A stretch of DNA of 64,000 nucleotides from an uncultured Actinomycetota bacterium (GTDB lineage: Bacteria > Actinomycetota > Actinomycetes > JACCUZ01). Position 1 is the stretch's first letter. Every line of letters begins with the position of its first letter. Positions 56,806-64,000 of this stretch are shown here, one piece after another. The stretch spans positions 363,849-427,848 of the forward strand of contig CAWCFV010000002.1 in NCBI GenBank assembly GCA_963794995.1, read 5' to 3'. Made by a program: the position numbers and the translations under genes. The notes beneath the pieces were generated by a model. The model did no database searches. It worked only from the letters and a program-made list of their open reading frames with translations, and was not told the DNA's origin.

Positions 56806-58105
56806 TGCAGCTTCCCGTCGAGGACGGTCGGCCGGCCGCGGAGGAAGGTGGCGACCACCGCGCCCGGCAGGGTGCGGCCGGCATACGGCGTGTTGCGTGA
56901 GCGCGACGCCAGGGCGAACGGGTCGACCTCGCGGCGGGCCGCCGGGTCGACCAGGACGAGGTTGGCCGGCGAGCCTGCCTCGAGCGGCCGGCCGTGGTCG
57001 TCGAGCAGGCCGATGTGCGCCGGCCGGGTCGACATCCGGTCGGCGACGCCGGCCCAGTCGAGCAGGCCGGTCTCGACCATCGCCTCCTGCACCACCGACA
57101 GCGCGGTCTCGAGACCGAGCATCCCCATGGCCGCCGCGGCCCACTCGCAGTCCTTGTCCTCGTGCGAGTGCGGCGCATGGTCGGTGGCGACGGCGTCGAT
57201 GGTGCCGTCGGCGAGGGCCGCGCGCAGCGCGGTCACGTCGTCGGCCGTCCGCAGCGGGGGGTTCACCTTGAACAGCGGGTCGTACGAGCGGGCCATCTCG
57301 TCGGTCAGCAGCAGGTGGTGGGGGGTCACCTCGGCGGTGACGTTCCAGCCCTTCGACTTCGCCCAGCGCAGGATCTCGACCGACCCGGCGGTCGAGACGT
57401 GGCAGACGTGCAGGCGGGACCCGACGTGCGCGGCCAGCAGCACGTCGCGGGCGATGACCGCCTCCTCGGCCACCGCTGGCCAGCCCTGCAGGCCGAGCAC
57501 CCCGCTGAGCTCGCCCTCGTTCATCTGGGCGCCCTCGGTCAGCCGGGGCTCCTGGGCGTGCTGGGCGACGACACCGCCGAACGCCTTGACGTACTCCAGC
57601 GCACGGCGCATGAGGACCGCGTCGGACACGCAGTGCCCGTCGTCGGAGAAGACCCGCACCCGGGCCGCGGAGTCGGCCATGGCACCGAGCTCGGCCAGCC
57701 GCTCCCCCGCCAGGCCGACGGTGACGGCGCCCACCGGGCGGACGTCGCAGTGCCCCGCCTCCCGGCCCAGCCGCCACACCTGCTCGACCACGCCCGCCGT
57801 GTCGGCCACCGGATCGGTGTTGGCCATCGCGTGCACGGCGGTGAAGCCGCCGAGCGCGGCGGCCGCCGTGCCCGTCTCGACCGTCTCGGCGTCCTCCCGC
57901 CCCGGCTCGCGCAGGTGGGTGTGCAGGTCGACCAGCCCCGGCAGGGCGACCAGCCCGTCGGCGTCGAGCACCTCCGCGCCGGCCCGCGTCAGGCCGGTGC
58001 CGGCCTCGGCGACCACGCCGTCCTCGAGCACGAGGTCGGTGGCCGCCCCGCCGAGCAGCCGCGCCCCCTTCACGACGTAGGTGCGGCCGAGCCCGGTAGG
58101 GGTGG

Positions 58106-58109
<4 letters not shown>
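56802..58109 (-). CDS. pyrC: Dihydroorotase
   Basis: 435 aa amidohydrolase with ..[10 protein letters not shown].. as the metal-binding HxH. Confidence 0.9.
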
Positions 58110-59996
<1,887 letters not shown>

Positions 59997-60097
59997 CGCG
60001 ATACTCGGTCGTGCCGGCACCACCGGGCCGGCAGGCGAGACCTCAGGCAGCACCGCTCACCACGAGTGACGTGCGCGACCACGGAAGGACGGGCGTC

Positions 60098-60586
60098 ATG
60101 GCGACTGAGTACGCACGGGCGCTCGGAGGGCGACTGCGAGCGATCCGCACCCAGCAGGGGCTGTCGCTGCACGGCGTGGAGGAGAAGTCCGAGGGCCGCT
60201 GGAAAGCGGTCGTCGTGGGCTCCTACGAGCGCGGGGACCGCGCCGTCACCGTGCAGCGCCTCGCCGAGCTGGCCGACTTCTACGCCGTGCCCGTCTCCGA
60301 GCTGCTGCCCGACGGCGCGCCCCAGGGCGCGGCCGAGCCGCCCCCGCGGCTGATCCTCGACCTGGAGCGGCTGCAGACCGTCCCCGCCGAGCGGGCCGGG
60401 CCCCTGGCCCGCTACGCCGCGACGATCCAGGCCCAGCGCGGGGACTACAACGGCCGGGTCCTGTCGATCCGCCAGGACGACCTGCGCACCCTGGCGGTCA
60501 TCTACGACGAGACCCCGAGCCAGCTCACCGAGCAGCTGATCACCTGGGGCGTGCTCAACGCCGAGGCGCGCCGCGCCCTCGACTGA
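60098..60586 (+). CDS. bldD: Developmental transcriptional regulator BldD
   Basis: MATEYARALGGRLRAIRTQQGLSLHGVEEKSEGRWKAVVVGSYERGDRAVTVQRLAELADFYAVPVSELLP.. is near-identical in pattern to Streptomyces BldD (Xre-type HTH plus the c-di-GMP-binding C-terminal domain). ATG at 60098 behind GGAAGGA. Confidence 0.9.
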   Translation: MATEYARALGGRLRAIRTQQGLSLHGVEEKSEGRWKAVVVGSYERGDRAVTVQRLAELADFYAVPVSELLPDGAPQGAAEPPPRLILDLERLQTVPAERAGPLARYAATIQAQRGDYNGRVLSIRQDDLRTLAVIYDETPSQLTEQLITWGVLNAEARRALD

Positions 60587-60631
60587 CCCGACCGGCTCAG
60601 GTCCGGCGCCCGGGCTGCCGACGCTTCCTGG

Positions 60632-62695
60632 GTGACCTCTCTCCTCCCGGGGTCGGCATCCGGGCTCTCCTCCCGGGCCGCCGGGGCGTCGGCGCTCGCG
60701 CCCACGCGTCCCGCCGGGGGCACCGGCCGGACCGTCCGCCGGGGTGGCCACCTCCTCCCGCACCCCGTGGCCGGGCTGTCCTTCGCCCTGCTGCTGGTCG
60801 CGCTGGCGACCGGACGCCCGGCGCTGGTCCTGCTCGCCGTGGTGGGGCTTGCCGCGTCGGTGCTGCGCCGCTGGTGGCCGGCCGACCTCGCGCTGACCCT
60901 CGCCGTCCTCGGCCTGCTCGCCGGGGCCGTCGCGGTCGGCCTGGTGGCCGGCCGGACCGGTGTCGACCTGCTGGGCCACCCGACGGCGGTCACCGCCGGC
61001 TGGGCCACCGCCGGGATCGCCGCGCTCGCCGCCTCCGGCCGCACCTCCCGCCGGGCGCACCCCGGGCACCGGGTCGCCGGACCGGCCTGGGTGTTCCTGC
61101 CGGCCTGGTTCGCCATGGCCACCGGGGTGCTGCAGGCACTGTCCGGCTCGGTGGCCAAGTCGTGGGCGTTCCACGGCACCGACCTCGCCCAGCACATGAT
61201 CATGCTGGCCGCCGTCCAGCGGACCGGCCACCTCGACTACGACGTCTCCGGGCCCTACCCCCGGGGCGTCGAGACGCTGGCGATGCTGGTCTCCGTCCCC
61301 GACGCCCCGCTCGCCGCGCCCGCCGCCCTGCTCGCGTACGACCTGGGGCTGTACGCCGCGCTGTGCTGGTTCGCCCTCGCGGCCTTCCTCGTGGCGGGCG
61401 CGTCGCTCACCCTGCGCGTCGGCTCCGCGCTGGCGCTGCCCCCCCGGCTGTGCGCGGTGGCGGCCCTGACGCTGGGCCTCGGCGCCCTGGTCACCAGCTC
61501 CTTCGTGGCCGGCTTCGTCTACCTGGGCGCTGCTGCGAGCCTGCTCGCCGTGGTCACCGTCTGGTCGCTGCCCCTGGTGCTGCTCGTGCGACGGCCGGTG
61601 GCCCTGCCGTCGGTCGCGCTGCTCACCTGCGCGCAGGCGATGCTCCTGGCCCACCTCTGGCAGGCGCTGGTCGTCGTGCCCGCCGTGGCCCTGCTGGCGG
61701 TCGCCGCTCCGGGAGTCCGGCGGCTGGCCGGATGTCCCGCGACCCGCGCGACCCTGCGCGCGGTGCTGCGCGCGGCGCCGGTGGCCCTCGTGCTGCTGGC
61801 CGTCGCCGCGGTCCCGCTGCTCGCCGTGCTCGGCGCCGGGGGCGTCGGTCTGGCAGCGACCACCGGCACCTTCGGCGGGGCACCCTGGCGGATCCTGGTC
61901 CCGGCCCTGCTCTGCCTGCCGTGGGCCCTGCACCGCGCAGGCGGGGCCAGGTCCGCCTGGGTGCGGGCCCTGCTCGGTGCCGTCGCGGGCCTCATCGGGG
62001 TCTGGGCGCTGATGCTGCACGGCTCGGGGTCCCTCGACCTGAACCAGTGGTACCCGATGAAGGCCGCCTGGTTCCTCACGCTGGTGCTGGCCCCGGTCCT
62101 CGCCCTGGCAGCCACCGTCGCGACCGCGCGCGCGGCGGCCGCGGTGAGCACCCTGCTGGCCCGGACCGGCCGTCCGGCCGGGGTGCTCCGGGCGGGGACG
62201 CTGGCCCTGGTGCTCGCGACGCTGTTCGCCTTCTGGCTCCCCCACATGATCGGACCCGGCTCGGCCACCGCGGACGCCTGGCGGGCCGACGACCGGCGCG
62301 ACCAGCACGACGGTGAGGGCGGCCGGTCACGGGCCAGCGCCCAGCGCTTCGACCTGGCCAGCCGGTACGGCACCCCCGCCGACGGGCGCGTCGCGGTCCC
62401 GTACTTCCTCGGGTGGAGCGCGATGTGGGACACCGACGGCACGACGATGATCTCGGCGCTGCTGACCTTCCAGACCGGCCAGGGGCAGCTCTTCCACGAG
62501 CCCACGAACCTGTGCCGGGCGATCAGCCGGGTGGCCGGCCGGCGTCCCGCGGTCGTGGTCTCGAAGCTGTCCCCACGTCTGGTGCGGGCCGACCTCGCCA
62601 GTGATGGCTGCGCCGGCCGGGCGACCGTCCGGCACGTGCCGGGACACCTGGGTGACGTGCCGTTCTCGCGCGGCCTGCTGGCGCGTCCGACCTGA
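60632..62695 (+). CDS. Large polytopic integral membrane protein of unknown function (about 14 TM helices plus a C-terminal soluble domain)
   Basis: 687 aa, Ala/Leu-rich hydrophobic segments throughout. The C-terminal 150 aa are hydrophilic (..DAWRADDRRDQHDGEGG..VPYFLGWSAMWDTDG..). No recognisable motif; a GT-C-like glycosyltransferase fold is one possibility. Confidence 0.6.
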   Translation: MTSLLPGSASGLSSRAAGASALAPTRPAGGTGRTVRRGGHLLPHPVAGLSFALLLVALATGRPALVLLAVVGLAASVLRRWWPADLALTLAVLGLLAGAVAVGLVAGRTGVDLLGHPTAVTAGWATAGIAALAASGRTSRRAHPGHRVAGPAWVFLPAWFAMATGVLQALSGSVAKSWAFHGTDLAQHMIMLAAVQRTGHLDYDVSGPYPRGVETLAMLVSVPDAPLAAPAALLAYDLGLYAALCWFALAAFLVAGASLTLRVGSALALPPRLCAVAALTLGLGALVTSSFVAGFVYLGAAASLLAVVTVWSLPLVLLVRRPVALPSVALLTCAQAMLLAHLWQALVVVPAVALLAVAAPGVRRLAGCPATRATLRAVLRAAPVALVLLAVAAVPLLAVLGAGGVGLAATTGTFGGAPWRILVPALLCLPWALHRAGGARSAWVRALLGAVAGLIGVWALMLHGSGSLDLNQWYPMKAAWFLTLVLAPVLALAATVATARAAAAVSTLLARTGRPAGVLRAGTLALVLATLFAFWLPHMIGPGSATADAWRADDRRDQHDGEGGRSRASAQRFDLASRYGTPADGRVAVPYFLGWSAMWDTDGTTMISALLTFQTGQGQLFHEPTNLCRAISRVAGRRPAVVVSKLSPRLVRADLASDGCAGRATVRHVPGHLGDVPFSRGLLARPT

Positions 62696-62725
62696 GAGCG
62701 CCGGTCGGGCAGCCGGGGTCCGGCC

Positions 62726-63136
62726 TCAGGTGCCGAGGGCGGGCTTCAGCTCGACGAGCCGGCCCAGGAGGCCGTTGACGAACGACGGCGACTCGTCGGT
62801 CGACAGCGACCGGGCCAGCTCGACGGCCTGGTCCACGACCACGGCGTCCGGCACGTCGTCGCGCCAGAGCAGCTCGAAGGTGGCCAGCCGCAGCACCACC
62901 CGGTCGACCCCGGGCATCCGGTCCAGCGTCCAGCCCTGGGCGTAGGTCGAGAGCAGCTCGTCGATCCGGTCGCGGTGGGCGACCACGCCCTCGACCAGCT
63001 CGACGGTGAACTCCGCGACCGGCGGCTCGGCCGCGGCGATCCGGCCGGCCAGCGTCTCGAGCGGGTCGCTGCCGCGCTGGTCCGCCTCGAACAGCACGTC
63101 GACGGCGCGCTTGCGGGCCTTGCTGCGGGCGGACAT
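62726..63136 (-). CDS. nusB: Transcription antitermination factor NusB
   Basis: [22 protein letters not shown]..; 136 aa. The ATG shares one nucleotide with the efp stop. Confidence 0.9.
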   Translation of the reverse strand: MSARSKARKRAVDVLFEADQRGSDPLETLAGRIAAAEPPVAEFTVELVEGVVAHRDRIDELLSTYAQGWTLDRMPGVDRVVLRLATFELLWRDDVPDAVVVDQAVELARSLSTDESPSFVNGLLGRLVELKPALGT

Positions 63137-63702
63137 CAGCTGCCGGTGACCCGGCCCAGGTAGCTGCCGTCGCGGGTGTCGACCTTCACCTTCTCGCCGG
63201 TGGTGATGAACAGCGGCACGGCGATCTCGGCGCCGGTCTCCAGCGTCGCGGGCTTGGTGCCGCCGGTCGACCGGTCGCCCTGCATGCCGGGCTCGGTGTA
63301 GGAGATCGTGAGCTCGACCGCTGCGGGCAGCTCGACGTAGAGCGGAGTGCCCTCGTGGACGGCGACGACGGCCTCCTGGTTCTCCAGCATGAACTTCGCC
63401 ATCTCACCGACCGTCTCGCCGGGCACGTGCAGCTGCTCGTAGGACTGGTTGTCCATGAAGACGAAGTCCGAGCCCTCCTTGTAGAGGTACTGGAAGTCGC
63501 GCTTGTCGACCGTGGCCGTCTCGACCTTCGTGCCGGCGTTGAAGGTCTTGTCGACGACCTTGCCGGAGAGGACGTTCTTGAGCTTGGTGCGCACGAACGC
63601 GCCGCCCTTGCCGGGCTTGACGTGCTGGAACTCCACCACCGACCAGAGCTGGCCGTCGAGGTTGAGCACCAAGCCGTTCTTCAGGTCGTTCGTCGTCGCC
63701 AC
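63136..63702 (-). CDS. efp: Elongation factor P
   Basis: [44 protein letters not shown]..; 188 aa. Confidence 0.95.
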   Translation of the reverse strand: MATTNDLKNGLVLNLDGQLWSVVEFQHVKPGKGGAFVRTKLKNVLSGKVVDKTFNAGTKVETATVDKRDFQYLYKEGSDFVFMDNQSYEQLHVPGETVGEMAKFMLENQEAVVAVHEGTPLYVELPAAVELTISYTEPGMQGDRSTGGTKPATLETGAEIAVPLFITTGEKVKVDTRDGSYLGRVTGS

Positions 63703-63761
63703 GGGGCAGAGTCCTTCGTCTCGCGTACGGGAGCGCGTCCGCCGCCGGCCGTGGCCGGGTC

Positions 63762-64000
63762 AGAGGACGAGCAGGTCCTTCGGGGTGGTCGTGAGCAGCT
63801 CCGGCGCCCCGTGGGGCTGGGTGCCCACGACGAGGGTGTCCTCGATGCGGACTCCCCCGCGTCCCGGCAGGTAGACCCCGGGCTCGACGGTCACCGGCGT
63901 GCGGGCCTGGAGTCTACCGGTCGCGCGGTAGCCCATCATGGGAGCCTCGTGGATCTCCAGCCCGACCCCGTGCCCCAGGCCGTGCGGGAACGCCTCGCCG
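63762..64000 (-). CDS. Xaa-Pro aminopeptidase / M24-family peptidase, C-terminal fragment (gene continues beyond the window end)
   Basis: The minus-strand frame ends ..VEPGVYLPGRGGVRIEDTLVVGTQPHGAPELLTTTPKDLLVL*. This is a typical M24B C-terminus. Its position upstream of efp is conserved. Confidence 0.6.

Overview
This 64 kb window is high-GC (about 72%) actinobacterial chromosome. Almost every real gene is on the minus strand and the genes are tightly packed, often with 4-nt GTGA or ATGA start/stop overlaps. Most of the window is conserved core. Positions 149-11.8 kb hold a glycine-cleavage and cell-division neighbourhood (gcvP with a glycine riboswitch, two MerR regulators, a DUF151 nuclease, an FHA protein, gcvH, DUF881-sbp-DUF881, a ManC-like fusion, a PgsA-like gene), syntenic with M. 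tuberculosis Rv1822-Rv1832. Positions 31.4-37.7 kb hold tRNA-Pro, hisG-hisE and a riboflavin operon (ribD-ribE-ribM-ribBA-ribH) behind an FMN riboswitch. Positions 37.8-63.7 kb hold an ECF sigma/anti-sigma pair, then rpe-rsmB-fmt-def-HAD-priA-metK-coaBC-rpoZ-gmk-mihF-pyrF-pyrD-pyrK-carB-carA-pyrC-pyrB-pyrR (syntenic with Rv1379-Rv1408), then divergent bldD, a large membrane protein, nusB-efp and a partial M24 peptidase. BldD indicates a developmental actinomycete. The accessory part is 12.0-31.3 kb. It contains a translationally coupled minus-strand operon for molybdenum/tungsten enzymes: a MobA-MoaD fusion, an aldehyde:ferredoxin-oxidoreductase (AOR), a Cys-type formate dehydrogenase catalytic subunit, a fused NuoE/NuoF-like subunit, MoeA, and a MoeA fused to a PBP-like domain. 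This is the most likely candidate for an undescribed system. The operon is followed by a sortase-type (LAQTG) surface protein with PPVTP repeats and a stress cluster (Usp, P-type ATPase, Pmp3, AqpZ, DUF2254, SDR) that abuts tRNA-Pro. Other structures are two copies of a 70-bp nested-palindrome MITE/REP-like element, a 24-bp x3.8 tandem repeat at the rsmB stop codon, a PyrR attenuator, BldD boxes and a MerR operator palindrome. At least six genes (gcvP, the LAQTG protein, the P-type ATPase, rsmB, pyrF, carA) show single-nucleotide frameshifts in G/C runs, and gmk lacks any canonical start codon. These most likely reflect homopolymer indel errors in the assembly rather than pseudogenes. All coordinates were derived by hand and may be off by a few nucleotides.
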